A stretch of 64,000 bases of DNA, from contig NC_043002.1 of the NCBI RefSeq assembly GCF_006345805.1, positions 64,604,001 to 64,668,000 on the forward strand. Direction: 5' to 3'. This DNA is from Octopus sinensis. Its lineage: Eukaryota. The notes below the pieces were generated by a model, which was given only the letters and a program-made list of their open reading frames with translations, had not been told where the DNA came from and made no database searches. A program made the position numbers and the translations under genes. Every line of letters begins with the position of its first letter. Positions within the stretch are counted from its first letter, which is position 1. This document shows positions 1 to 13,381 of the stretch, piece after piece.

Positions 1-167
1 GGTGTGTACGCGTGAGTATGCATGCGTGCGTTTATCTGTATGCATATGTGTCTACTTCTATTTACACATAATTCAATATAATTATTTGAGAAATATGCAA
101 TTAAATATGTAGTCATATACTTATATATGTGCGTGTGTGTTTGCCTGTGAGTGTGTGCGTGTTCATA

Positions 168-205
<38 letters not shown>

Positions 206-1606
206 ATCATTTATACATATATTAAGCCACCTCACTCGGGGCATTCTAGTCTAGTGAACAATACGATGCCACAAACACACGCCCATACACACACACACAA
301 ACATGATATATGTATATATATATATATGTGTGTGTGTAATATTACATGTGTGTACATGTTGTTCATATGTGTACGTATGCTAATGAATATCGAACATACA
401 ACAAATACATACCCGTATTTACATACATGCATACATACACACACACATATGTATGTATATATATATATGTACATATATATGCTATATATACACACGCATA
501 CACATATATACATATATATAAACGTGCATATACATACACACACTCACACATATATATATATATGTAAGTATATGAATGTATGTATGTCTGTGCGTGTGTG
601 TGCTTCTGTTTTAATCAAGTACTTTATATTCAGAGTTTTTAGGCGCTAACGGAAAGAATGACTAAACTATTTGCCTTGAAGATATACCGAAGGCAGATAA
701 TTAATTAATTCAAAATTCCTTGAAATAATTGCATGAAAGATTCATATATTTTAAAATGTTCTTTTAGCTATAACGTTATCCCTTTCGCCGACCAAATTCG
801 CAATTGACATATACTTCTTGCCTTATATTTTTTGGTATTTCTCAAAATAATTGCTAGTTTTCTCTTTTACTGCCTTGTTTCATCGAAACTTTAGTTTTTT
901 TTTCTTTTAATTTTTACAGTTCTGCAATTCTGAGATTTTCTGACAAATTTGCTCTTTCCGGTTGAGAAATTTCAATTAAGCAACGTACATTCAATGTTAA
1001 GCTCTAGCCATAAAAATCGACAAAATACTTCTCCCTGGTGTTTGCTTCCACAATCTACTCAAAGTCCGGGTTTCGGATACACTACGAACTATCAACAATC
1101 TGAAATATAAAATATTTTTATCACTTCAGCTAAATTCATTACGTCTGCAGGAAAAGAATTCTGCGCCGAATAATATGTGAAATTACTTCCTATGTTGAGT
1201 ATTTAAAATTCATATTGAGTGCTCAGTGTTGAGGCTGCTATTGTAGTGTTATAACTAGGTATGGAAGTAGGTACTACTGCTAAGATCCTGATCAGAGAAG
1301 TTAATCAGATTCGAGAACAAAGTCCGTGGCAGCTGTAACTGTTCGGCCTGAAAGTTACAGATATATTTGATAGAGCCAGCTGGCATCGCCGTTGGCATAA
1401 TTATATACATAGGTATATAAATGTGTGTGTAAGAATGTGTGTGTCTATGAGAGTAAGTTTATGTATGTGTGTGTGTGACTATACGTTTCTATGCGTGTGC
1501 ACTTATATATATGTGTGTATGTGTCTGAGAGAGGGGCAGAGAGGGTATTTCGTATGCAAAGAAGATTTTATTCATTAATTACCACAAATAGATTATATCC
1601 AAACTA

Positions 1607-2170
1607 TTGGGTTGTCCGGAAAGTTCGTACCGATTTATAGTACTTTCACTTTCGACTTATTTTAGAATCTGATTGAGTCCATAAAATAGGATTTGACTAC
1701 AACTCCATTTAGAGCACAGTTTAAGCTATCCTTTCGAGGAAGAAGGTTTATGTTCCTATGAAATGTGTTAATTCTGTAACCCTTTAAATTGGGGGGTAAG
1801 AAAGTTCGTTGTCGGCACTTGATGCTTTGCGAACCAGACAAAAAATGCTGCAGCTCGGCTGGGATGTGTTACCCCACTCTCTATATTTATCAGATATTGC
1901 TACTTGTTTTTCCACTTATTCAGGTCTCTGCAAAATAGTCTCAATTGTAAAAATTTCAATTACTTGGATGACGTAAAAAGATACCTTGATGAATTCTTTG
2001 CCATGAAACCATCTCAATTCTGGGAAGAGGGTATTTTCAAGTTAAAGGAAATATGGAGACGCCTTTTGCAACAAAATGCTTCATATTTGGTTGATTAAAA
2101 ATGTAATGGCAAGTATTTATTGACCTTTTTCTTTCTTTAAAAATCGGCATGAACTTTCCGGACAACCCAA
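1607..2170 (+). mobile_element. Internally deleted mariner-type DNA transposon with both TIRs
   Basis: 30-bp TIRs: TTGGGTTGTCCGGAAAGTTCGTACCGATTT (1607-1636) and its reverse complement (2141-2170), 28/30 identical. TA at 1605-1606 and 2171-2172. ORF 1904-2098 (FHLFRSLQNSL...EFFAMKPSQFWEEGIFKL) matches a mariner transposase C-terminus. Confidence 0.92.
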
Positions 2171-3193
2171 TATTACTTTCTGCATATGATCTTAAATGAG
2201 AGAGTTTGTGTGGAAATTTTGTGTTTGCTATGTTTGCCTTTTGTATGTAAATTCCCGTATATACCTTTTATTTTCATATATATATATATATATATTTGTC
2301 ATTGCTTGTCTCCTACTCTACGCTCATATTGTCGATTGAAAAATAATGCAATGTTTATTTTTACGCTATTATATAAAGGGAAAAATTCAGGGCTAGTGAG
2401 CCTAGAAATATGCTTCTAGATAATTATGCCAAAACGGATTGCGTGAAAAGTATTTTACATGAACTGTTTTGTATTTTTAATAGTTTGAGATTTATAAAAA
2501 TACAATCAATTTTGGAATTTGCAATATGAATAAGACAGATTATACAATGCACATTTATTATAAGCAAGTGCGGTAATGAAGATGTAATGCTACCAGTATT
2601 AGTTCGAACAAATAAATGTTAGTTTCAATTAGCATATATTATTAAATAGATATTGGAGCATGTTTAATATGTTTATTTCTTATGGTTATTTACTCTATAA
2701 AACAAATAATTATTCAAACGTTTCGTATACTTTTCGCTGATGGTGAAATGCCTTCAATATTTGTTCAGCAGGAACATGTCTTTTAACAGCAACGAATCAA
2801 AATACAAGATGATGTGTGCATTTCAAAATGTACGGCGAATTGTAGGCTTTAACATGCACCAGTACACACTCACACACAAAATACTACATTTTTGTTTTAT
2901 AATATTTCTTTGAATTTGGAGTTTGAGGCTGAAATTAAAGAATACGACAAAAAGACGCATATATATATATATATGATTTTTTTCATTGCATATTAATATT
3001 ATTATTGCATATTAATTTCGCACCATTGGCATTCATGTATAAAATTACTTGACGTTATTTTTAGAAATACTCAGCTTAATGCTTAGTAATTAAACATTAG
3101 ATGAGGCAATTTCTCGAATGATGGTTATTGGCATTGTAGTTTCAAACTAGGTTTTTACTGCAAATGTTCCCCTAATAAGAAATTGAAGTTTTA

Positions 3194-3227
<34 letters not shown>

Positions 3228-3264
3228 CATATACTTATATATGTATATATATATACATACACAT

Positions 3265-3568
3265 GTGGAAGCACATGGCCAAGTATTTAGAGCAGCGGAC
3301 TCGCGTTCGAGAGATCGCGGGTTCGAATCGTAGACCGGGCGATGTGTGTGCTTATGAGCGAAAAACCTAAGCTCCACGCGACTCCGGCAGAAGGTAATAG
3401 CGAATTTATGCTGACTCTTTCACCCTCAAGTTTCTCTCACTCTTTCCTCCTGCATCTTGCAGCTCATCTGCGACGGACAAGCGTCCCGTCCAGGTGGGGA
3501 ACCTATACACCAAGGACACCGGGAAACCGGCCCTTATGAGCCAGGCGTGGAACGAGAAGGAGCAAACA
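3265..3568 (+). mobile_element. tRNA-derived SINE, family A
   Basis: A-box-like TGGCCAAGTATTTAG and B box GGTTCGAATC. Homologous copies lie at 30201-30483 (-) and 48064-48260 (-). The tail motif CGTCCCGTCCAGG resembles V-domain SINEs (recalled, not verified). Confidence 0.8.
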
Positions 3569-3928
3569 TATAAATACATAGAGAGAAGCACATTTTTACA
3601 CGTATATATATATTTGCATGTGTGTGTGTGTGGATGTGTACAATATATATTATTTTACATTTACATATACATATATATCTATATAAATAGATGTGTGAGT
3701 GTATGTGTGTATGTGTATTTCCAAAAGTAGTTCCAAAGGGATGTATAATCCTGGCGCTTACCATGTTCCCTCTTAAATCGATTTTCAATTCTGGCTAGCC
3801 ATAGCGAATTTTGTTACTACTCGAGTCAGTAATAAATTACTAGACTCTGGTTATCATACTCGCTTGGGAAATCCGAGGGCGTTCCCGGGACTGCTTAGTT
3901 TCCGTAGAGTAGATAATAATATTAATTC

Positions 3929-4089
3929 GCAGGTGTGGCTGTGTGATAAGTAGCTTGCTTACCATCCACATGGTTTCGAGTTTTTATTCCCCTGCGTGCC
4001 ACCTTGGACAAATGTGTCTTCTACAACAGCCTCGCGCCGACCAAAGCATTGTGAGTGGTGGTAGATGCAAACTGAAAGAAGAGCCCGTC

Positions 4090-4091
<2 letters not shown>
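3929..4091 (+). mobile_element. tRNA-derived SINE, family B (head plus core, ending in (TA)n)
   Basis: GCAGGTGTGGCTGTGTGATAAG...GCCGACCAAAGCATTGTGAGTGG...CCCGTCGTATATA. The same sequence recurs at 8858, 10887, 28841, 40262, 45252, 50815 and 51200. Confidence 0.85.
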
Positions 4092-4135
<44 letters not shown>

Positions 4136-4196
4136 GCCATATATATATATATATATATCAAAGGAAATAAAATGAAAAACAGGACACAAAGGATGT

Positions 4197-4291
4197 CGCG
4201 GTACATATGTTTCGAGCTTTATAGAACAACTTATTCTTACATCAATGCATAATTGACATAACAGATAGTTCAAAAGCCCTCTTCAGCCGCA
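4197..4291 (-). ncRNA. Type I hammerhead ribozyme, intact core
   Basis: Minus strand: stem I UGCGG/CCGCG; CUGAAGA; stem II GGGCUUU/AAAGCUC, extended by GAAC/GUUC and UUAUGUCAAU/AUUGAUGUAA; GAA; palindromic stem III ACAUAUGU; cleavage triplet GUA. Confidence 0.85.
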
Positions 4292-4635
4292 TGCAATTGC
4301 TACACCAGATACTTGTATCACATTATAAAAGGTTTGAGAAAAACATTTGGTATTGTTTATAATAGTAGGTAAACCGAGTATCACTGGGAAAGTATGTTTG
4401 TAAAGCCTTATAATCAAATAGGCGTACATGGTATTATTAGACTCCATATTGAGTGAGAAAACGGTATGGACGATTTTTTGGAGTCTAATAATACCATGTA
4501 CGCCTATTTGATTATGAGGATTTACAAACATACTTTCCCAGTGATACTCGGTTTATCTACTATTATAAACAATACCAAATGTTTTTTTCTCAAACCTTTC
4601 ATAATGTGATACAAGTCTTTGGTGTAGCAATTGCA

Positions 4636-4730
4636 TGCGGCTGAAGAGGGCTTTTGAACTCTCTGTTATATCGATTATGCATTGATGTAAAAATAAGCTG
4701 TTCTATAAAGCTCGAAACATATGTACCACG
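4636..4730 (+). ncRNA. Type I hammerhead ribozyme, inverted second copy
   Basis: TGCGG CTGAAGA GGGCTTT...AAAGCTC GAA ACATATGT A CCACG, with one mismatch in stem I. Confidence 0.8.
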
Positions 4731-4768
4731 ACATCCTTTGTGTCCTGTTTTTCATTTTATTTCGTTTG

Positions 4769-4804
<36 letters not shown>

Positions 4805-5244
4805 GACGGGCTCTTCTTTCAGTTTGCATCTACCAAATCCACTCACAATGCTTTGGTCGGCGCGAGGCTGTTGTATAATATTAAAAATAGATCAAATAAG
4901 GAGTTCCAGCAGATTCATCTGTAATATAGTCCAGCTTACCATTCTAGTGTTTTAAAGGAGAATTTTTAATTTATATTTTTAGAGATATTCATTAAACTTT
5001 TGGATTATGATCTGTGTTTTTTTTGTATTCACAATTATTATTCTATTAATTTCTAATTTTCTTGCTTTACTGAGTATCTTAAGTTTATTTGATTTTGTTA
5101 ACCGTAAGCTTACTATTCAACTCATTTCAAAGAAAATTTTTTTTTAGAGATGTTCACTTATTTGTTTATAGACTTATTATTTGCTTTTTTTTTTGCAATA
5201 TGCTTATTCTAGTAGTTTATAATTTCTTACTTATTATACATAAT

Positions 5245-6125
5245 GCGTTTACTTGAACTTATTAAGTGTACAAGTATTCGAATGAATACACCATTGATTA
5301 CGTTATTACCTACAGCTTATCAGAATATATTTTGAAGTAAAAATTTGGTATATTTCCTCAAAACAAAAGTCACATCATTTACTCCTCTACTGCACGGTTA
5401 AGCCGATCTAATTATCTCCCAGCCAACTGATTATGTTTCATTATTATCCTTTACCGACCAAATTAATTTACTTAAACTATTATTCTTCGTATTTTTATCA
5501 CTAAACGAATTTTCGTGGTTAGCTATTCTACGTTTTATAACACGTGGAATAGCACAAATGTAGAAATATTCTATGCAGAAATATTCTATGTAGAAATATT
5601 CTACTCCTTCCACATTTGTAATTTTACAATCTTATTATAACGGGCATAATTTACTATTTGTTTAATCACAATTATCTCTTGAAATTCTGTTATTATCTTC
5701 TACTTTAGATTAGTCATTTGCAATCCCTGAATTATATTGCCTATATGCCAGGTTATTTTCACTATTCTCATTGTTTACATTCCAGGTACTGCTTTCTAGT
5801 CTAGCATTCGAGTTAGTAGTGTTTGTTTCCCTTGAATAAATTCCCTTGTTGTAGCTAATTATTTTGTCACTAGCTCTATTTTCATTGTTGACATTCCGGA
5901 TACTGCATTTTCTAGCGTTCTTGTTTTGCCTTTCTAGTCTCGCGTTAGAATTAGTAGCGTTTGGTTCTGTTGTATTGGTTCCCGCATATGAATTTTTAAC
6001 CAGGCAGTAAATAACGGAAACTGAAGAAGCTACATTGACAATTAGCATTGAGATACACACAGAACAGTGTGCAGTACATGTAGCCGAATTGTACGTAGGT
6101 CCAAGGTAGAATGTTCTAAATAAAT
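5245..6125 (-). pseudogene. Penelope-like element C-terminal remnant (Cys-rich linker plus GIY-YIG endonuclease)
   Basis: Minus-strand translation across stops gives NCD*TNSKLCPL..C (CNC..CPL linker), YICAIPRVIKRRIANHENSF..SLSKLIWSVKD, WEIIRSA*PCSRG..CDFC and CTLNKFK*, preceded by an Asn-rich linker (5710-6040). Confidence 0.75.
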
Positions 6126-6639
6126 GTGGTAGATGAATCTCCATCCTGAATATATGTGTGTGCGAGAGAGTGTATGAGTGTGAGTGTGCGTGTGTCTGTA
6201 TGTATGTATGCATGTATGTATGTATGTATATATGTATGCATGTATGTATGTATGTATGTATGTATGTATGTATGCATGCATGTATGTATGTACGTATGCA
6301 TGCATGTATGTTTAAAGATGTTTCTCTTGGCGAAGAAGAGTACATCAGCCTCCCTACATTCAGCAGCCACCACATAGACCTTGAAACCCAGTCATTCGAA
6401 AGTTTCAATAAAAACTAGATTTATTATGACTTTTACGGCCAAGGGGGACATAAACCTAATTTCCTTTCTGCTTTTATTTAAATTTCACACACCATGTGCT
6501 CAGAGCTTCAATATTCTTTGGAGACACACCGTATCATAAAAGCCAGCCTACGTAAGTGTTTTCAGAGAAAGAAAAAATTCTAGCGTGTATACTCTTATGC
6601 ATGTATGTGTGTATGTATATCTGTATAGACCCACACACA

Positions 6640-6687
<48 letters not shown>

Positions 6688-6711
6688 TACAATGCTTCAT
6701 AGTAATTATTC

Positions 6712-6777
<66 letters not shown>

Positions 6778-7451
6778 ATATACACATATATACGTATATG
6801 TATAATATATATAAATATAATAAAAAAAGGGAAAAAGTTTTCGGAGATTTAATATATTTTAAATGAAATATTGTGGTTGTCGACCGGTTTCGCTATCGCT
6901 AATCATGAAATTATTGTAATTGCGTATATATATACATATGTGTGTGTGTGTGTATATATATATATATGTGTGTGTGCGTGTGTGTATATTTATAAATATA
7001 TACTTATATATATATAGACACCCACACACATATATATGTATTGGTAAATATATACACACACATCCAGACGTGTATTTATATACAAGTAAATGTATATGTG
7101 CATATATATTTCAATGTCACTTATATGGAAATGTGTCACAGTCTGTACATATCTGCGTGAAGTTAGGTATATGCGATAAAATCTATTCCGAGCATGTGTG
7201 TGTGTGTTTGTGTGTATGTGTGTGTGGGTGTGTGTGGGTGTGTATGCGTGCATGTGTTATGTCTTCATGTAGGAACCACGCTATTTATATATACTCAGAA
7301 ATTGATAATGAATTTTCAGCTATATTAACTTTCCATTTTCTGTTTTCGTTGCCCACAGCCTAAATTATTAAAATGAAGGCACGATATTCAAAGCACAATT
7401 GAAATCTTTGCCACCATCATCATTATAATCATCTATTTCATCGTTGTTATT

Positions 7452-7457
7452 ATTATA

Positions 7458-7538
<81 letters not shown>

Positions 7539-7554
7539 ATTATTATTACTATCA

Positions 7555-7589
<35 letters not shown>

Positions 7590-7590
7590 G
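7452..7590. repeat. (ATT)n microsatellite
   Basis: Direct inspection. Confidence 0.98.
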
Positions 7591-8635
7591 ATTACTTTGC
7601 GGGGCTGGATGGGCTAAAATGAAGAAAAATTCCAGTATTTGATCAATTTCTTACGGCGTTAAATTTAACTAGACGAAAATTAATTTCTGACGCTGAACTT
7701 AAGATGCATTTCTGCGTTTCTACTTCGTTTGCTTGTAATAGAGTAACATCACTGTAAGTAAATACCGATATATTATCTACGCCAGGCGAGGATTTGTTTC
7801 GCTTCAGTTCTCAAAATATATATTTATCATTTCGCTCATTGTGTCAATATACCTATCTATGTATCTATCTATCTATTCATCTATCTATCTAAATTGCTAG
7901 CTATCAATATATCTAGTTATCTATCAACATACCAGTCTATATGTTTGTATATATACATACACAGACATGCACACACAGACAGTGACAAATACGCACGTGC
8001 GCACACACATACACAGACACACACACATATATATAGAAATGTATGAACAATTATACGTATGCATGTAAGCAATGATAAAATTGAAAGATCAAGGTGTAGG
8101 AAGATAGTAGGCTTCAGGCAGCCGATAGAATGTATAAAAATACCTTTCAGAAACCATACTAGTTTATTGAATTAGAAGGTTGTAGAATTTTCTCTTATTT
8201 CCGCCTTATCGAGTTCAGCTTATCGATTTAGATAAGTTGAAAAAAATCATGTTATTATATATGATTAACAGCTGGGTCTTTTTTCCTTGCGAATACAAAT
8301 CGAAAATTAGGGAATTGAATTTAAGAATCCAGCCTACATTTGCTTCTTATCTAGCAGCATCTGAGAAGTAGTATTTACCCAAACGAGACTAATTCGCTAG
8401 CTAGATGTCGGGTCAAAGATATTTTAATCGTTTTCCATCAAATCTCCTGCGAGTTAATATGGGATTCCATGATGACAATTTAATCTTCATTTCATAAAGA
8501 TATCTTTGATATGACGATTAGCTACCGGATTATCTCTCGTTTGTGTAATTTCTACTTCCAAGGCGCTCTTAGATATGAAACATATATAGCTTTGATTTTA
8601 TCAACTCCATTTCCCAATTTTTTATTTAGATATAC

Positions 8636-8687
<52 letters not shown>

Positions 8688-8749
8688 TGTGTGTGTGTGT
8701 GTGTGAGAGAGTGTGTATGTGTGTATTTGTGTGTATTTGTATATATATG

Positions 8750-8791
<42 letters not shown>

Positions 8792-8792
8792 T

Positions 8793-8826
<34 letters not shown>

Positions 8827-8857
8827 ATATATACACATATATATTATATATATATAA

Positions 8858-9065
8858 GGCAGGAGCGGGTGTGTGTTATAAGTAGCTTGCTTACCAACCA
8901 CATTGTTCCGGTTCAGTCCCACTGAGTAGTACCTTAAGCAAGTGCTCTCTACTATAACCTTGTGCGTGGATTTGGAAGACGGAAACCACGATATGTTTGT
9001 GTGTCTGTATTTGTAACCCAACAACATCGCTTGACAACCGACGGTGGTACGTTTACGTCTCTGTA
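8858..9065 (+). mobile_element. SINE family B, partial
   Basis: Matches the head at 28841 and part of the tail (ACATCGCTTGACAACCG). Confidence 0.8.
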
Positions 9066-10116
9066 TCCTATGTATATATACATACACACACACACACATA
9101 TATAATATATATATCTATATATATATATATAATATATATATATATACATATATTTATACATGCACATATATATATCCATATATGTGAATGTATATATGAG
9201 TCTGTGTCTGAGCGAGTGATAGTAATACATTGTCACATGTACAGACGCTGAGAGATCATGTCTGTCATCATACCTCTGGTAGCAATAGCATGTGTTTGCT
9301 CTAGATTATAACTCAACCAAGTCACGTCAACTCTTAAACGACAGAAAGCGACGCAGATTTATAGCTTATCATATTGTTCTTTCGTCTGTTTGTCTTTATT
9401 GCATATAGTAATGTTTAACCTCACGGAATATAAAGACATTAAAGCACAACACATTCTGCGTTGCATAGATTAAGTTGGTTCTCATTAAATTTAATTAAAT
9501 TCATGAAGGATTTATATTGATTTCCTCTTAAATTCTTTCAATATTATTACAAATCAGTATTATTGCTCTTTGTCGTCTGTGTAGAATGAATGCATGTTTG
9601 CATCGTTTGTAAATGTCATTAAATATAGAAGACAATTTTCAGTAGCACTCTTGGTGCATCTTAATAACTACATTAATAAGATCACGTTTTTTTTTTTTTG
9701 CTTTTTTTTGCGTGCTGTGCTAGTCGCAGAAATGAGAACTACCTAGAGTTCATATTGGAATATCATTCTTGAGATCAATATGCTACTATGCATAGAATAT
9801 ATATTTTATAAATATTTTTTTTATATATTTCATCTAGTTTCAGCTCGAGAGCTGTGGCCATGCTGGGGCACGGCACTCAGTGTTGCTACATGATTTATCT
9901 CACGAATGCTTTTTAGCAAATGCCATTTGGTGCATGAGAGAGTTCGATACAGAGAATCATCTGCGGAAACGTAGAAATTCTGAATTAGAAGCTAGTCTGT
10001 GATGATATCGAGCACGTTCACTCCTGCGAAAGGAAAACAGAACAGATAAAACATTTGCAAAGTATGTTCGGTTTATTATGTATTATACCACTGGATTCTG
10101 ATAAGAAGATATATTG

Positions 10117-10310
10117 AACACTTTATGAAGAATAGGAATACGTACAGCAGAATATGCACTTAAGAGATTCGTGGTACCCGATGTAAGCATTATGTGTTAT
10201 TATTAATACAACTGAACACTTTATACAGAACAGGAATGCGTTCATCAGAATATGCACCAATAGATTCGTTGTATGTGATGTAAGCATTATGTGTTGTTAT
10301 TAAAACGATT
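10117..10310. repeat. Diverged tandem duplication, about 98-bp unit
   Basis: GAACACTTTAT...AGAATATGCAC...GATGTAAGCATTATGTGTT occurs twice (from 10117 and 10215). Confidence 0.9.
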
Positions 10311-10737
10311 CAATGAGAGAAACTGCAAGAATTTTGGTATCTGTCTACAAATTAATAGTTATTTTGAGTAAAAAAAAATATAAGTACAGGGTTATTTAAA
10401 TAGGAATGTGTTTAGTTTTGCATCTTTAACTGAGGAAACACAGAAATTGAGAAATGTATCGCCGTGAAAGTCAGAATAATGGAATGGGATATATGTATCC
10501 GTTTATTCTTTTATATCTTTCAGCCGTGTGGGTGCGGTCATGCTGGAATGTCTCTGTGATTTTGTACTTTGAGATATTTTTCTTTGGCCAATTTCTTCAG
10601 GGTGGTGGCATTTCATATTACCAATACCGTATATACATTTCCCTTACTTGTTAACCTATTTTGTTTATGAGGGAGATTCACACTGCACCTCTTATCTGCA
10701 CCTCATGCTGGGCAGTACGTACATAAATACATACATG

Positions 10738-10769
<32 letters not shown>

Positions 10770-10993
10770 GGAGAGAGTTTGTGACTCTGTGTGTAGCTGT
10801 ATGTGCGTATGTATGTGCCTGTATGTCTATGTGTCTGTATCTATATAGACACACATACGGCTATAATAAATATATGTATAATAAAAGCAAGCGTAACCCT
10901 GTGGTAAGAAGCTTACTTCCCGATCACATAATCCCGGTTTCGGTTCCATTGCGTGGAACCATCCGTATCTGTTTTCTACTATAGTTTCAGGAT

Positions 10994-11027
<34 letters not shown>

Positions 11028-11042
11028 CCTTATTTATTGCAC

Positions 11043-11260
11043 AGGAGGCTTAACCTAGAGAGGACAAACGAGGACAGATAGAGAAATTAAGTCGATTGCA
11101 TCGACCCCAGTGCGTAACTGGTAATTATTTAATCGACCCCAAAAGAATGAAAGTCAAAGTCGATCGATCTCTCCGGAATTTGAACTGAGAACGTAACGGC
11201 AGACAAAGTAACGTTAGGTATTTCGCCCGGCGTGCTAACGATTCTGCCATCTCGCTGTCA
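11043..11260 (-). mobile_element. tRNA-derived SINE, family C
   Basis: Reverse complement of the family C consensus seen at 47343 and 49118 (GTCGACTTTGCCTTTCATCCTTTCGGGGTCGATAAATTAAGTACCAGTTACG). The core resembles the Meta/MESC domain (recalled, not verified). Confidence 0.8.
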
Positions 11261-11294
11261 TATGTATATGTGTGTATGTATATGTGTGTATGTA

Positions 11295-11431
<137 letters not shown>

Positions 11432-11545
11432 GAGGGCATTATACATACATGCCACACGCTAAGAGGGACAATTAGTCATTTCTACAAAAAAATATTACTA
11501 ATCCCACCGAATGCAATTTTTCAAAGTAAGACATTTAAAAAATAT

Positions 11546-11593
11546 AGACCTGTATCACAGTGAGTTCATACTTACGTATTCATCAGCAGGCTT
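11546..11593 (-). ncRNA. Type I hammerhead ribozyme with A15.1-to-C change (probably inactive)
   Basis: Minus strand: AAGCCUG CUGAUGA AUAC GUAA GUAU GAA C UCACUGUGA U A CAGGUCU. Confidence 0.75.
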
Positions 11594-12022
11594 GGATGTA
11601 TCATAAATAAACGACCCTGCCTCGCTTAAGCCGATCAGCTAACTGATCAACATCAACGAAGCACATGGGTGAGTTTACATATATTACATCCGGTAAATGG
11701 CAGACTTTTACGAATTGCATTTCGGGAAAGGAAAAGTTTTTTCGGAATAAAAATTTAGCAATTAAGGACAACTACTTAATAAGGAAAACTTAACAAGAAA
11801 TTGTCAGGTAGATAGCGTGAAAACCTCATAAGAGAAAAAATTTCGAAAATAATTATTTCTTATTGAACATATTAATTTATATATAGAGGGCATTATACAT
11901 ACATGCCAGAGGGCATTATACATACATGCCACACGCTAAGAGGGACAATCAGTCATTTCTACCAAAAAATATTACAAATCCCACCGAATGCAATTTTTCA
12001 AAGTAAGACATTTAAAAAATAT

Positions 12023-12070
12023 AGACCTGTATCACAGTGATTTCATACTTACGTATTCATCAGCAGGCCT
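12023..12070 (-). ncRNA. Type I hammerhead ribozyme, fully canonical core
   Basis: Minus strand: AGGCCUG CUGAUGA AUAC GUAA GUAU GAA AUCAC U GUGAU A CAGGUCU. 7-bp stem I, GNRA-capped stem II, near-palindromic stem III, AUA triplet. Confidence 0.9.
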
Positions 12071-12411
12071 GGATGTATCATAAATAAACGACCCTGCCTC
12101 GCTTAAGCCGATCAGCTAACTGATCAACAAAAACGAAGCACATGGGTGAGTTTACATATATTACATCCGGTAAAAATTGCATTCGGTGGGATTAGTAATA
12201 TTTTTTGGTAGAAATGACTAATTGTCCCTCTTAGCGTGTGGCATGTATGTATAATGCCCTCTGGCATGTATGTATAATGCCCTCTATATATAAATTAATA
12301 TGTTCAATAAGAAATAATTATTTTCGAAATTTTTTCTCTTATGAGGTTTTCACGCTATCTACCTGACAATTTCTTGTTAAGTTTTCCTTATTAAGTAGTT
12401 GTCCTTAATTG

Positions 12412-12460
<49 letters not shown>

Positions 12461-12560
12461 CATATATTTATATATATATATATACATATATATACATATA
12501 TGTATGTATACATATATATATACATATATCTATACATATATATATACAGATATATATATA

Positions 12561-13381
12561 GGACGCTCTGAAACTCCCATACTCTCTTCCTTCTGGAGAA
12601 ATTCTCATGGCATCCAACAACATCAGAGACTTGGGAGTAAACAGTGGACAACAACATAAGCTGGGCTCCACATATAAGCAGCAAAGTTGACATGGCCCGC
12701 AGAATGTGTTCCTGGATTTCAGAACCTTCAGTCGAGAGATTCCCACGCTATTATCTTTCCCTTCTCCACTTTTGCCCGACCCCACCTGAATACTGCTGTC
12801 CACTGTGGTCTCCCTACACAAAACAAAATATTATGAGAATTGAAGCTCCCCAAAGGTCAATCACAAAAAGATAGATTGCATGTCAGACCTTGACTACTGG
12901 GGTAGACTAGAAAGCTGAAATTGTATTCACTCCAACGACGCCGTGAACGCTACATTATCTGTATGATGTGGAGAAAATACTCCATCAGCACTGTCCGAAT
13001 GATGTTTGCATCACTTCAAAATACATCCAAGGCTTGGACCACGTGCCATCCGTCCACAACAAAAATCTAAATCGCATCACATAACGACAATACGGCACAA
13101 CTATTTCACCTCAATTGGACCCGCTCTCTTCAACATTACACCAGGACACGTCAAAAAAGAAACTGACCACACAAAATTCAAGAAGTCTTTGGACAAATTC
13201 TTCAAACAGTACGGACAAACCACCCACACCCGGATATGTCTCCGCAAACAATAAATCTTCTGCTCGAATGGGCCTTGGTGCGCAAATCCTGAACTGAAAG
13301 ACTTCGCCAGGTGGTGCTATTAAGTTAGACATGGCCTGGGCCAATACTGGCCAAAACCTTTCTAAGTTATTCTAAGTTATA
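12561..13381 (+). mobile_element. CR1-group LINE 3' fragment (post-RT region and 3' UTR)
   Basis: Frameshifted DLGV(T)[11 protein letters not shown]..., EYCCPLWSPY..NIMRIEAPQR, LYSLQRRRERY, FKKSLDKF..DKPPTPGY. Ends in the tandem tail TTCTAAGTTA x2. Confidence 0.88.

Larger units (their letters stand above)
4022..4875. repeat. Long imperfect palindrome (arms 4022-4446 and 4479-4875, 32-nt spacer)
   Basis: The arms are reverse complements with scattered substitutions and a different (TA)n length. Confidence 0.95.

Noticed and set aside
137-649. Long ORFs rich in YI/HT/CV/MY (also near 6.1, 8.5, 11.2, 22, 29, 39, 41.7, 51, 55 and 63 kb)
   Set aside because: Stop-free translations of (TA)n, (CA)n, (TATG)n, (GATA)n and (ATT)n microsatellites, not genes.
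10230-10260. Minus-strand CTGATGA in the 98-bp tandem
   Set aside because: No stem II-GAAA arrangement follows.
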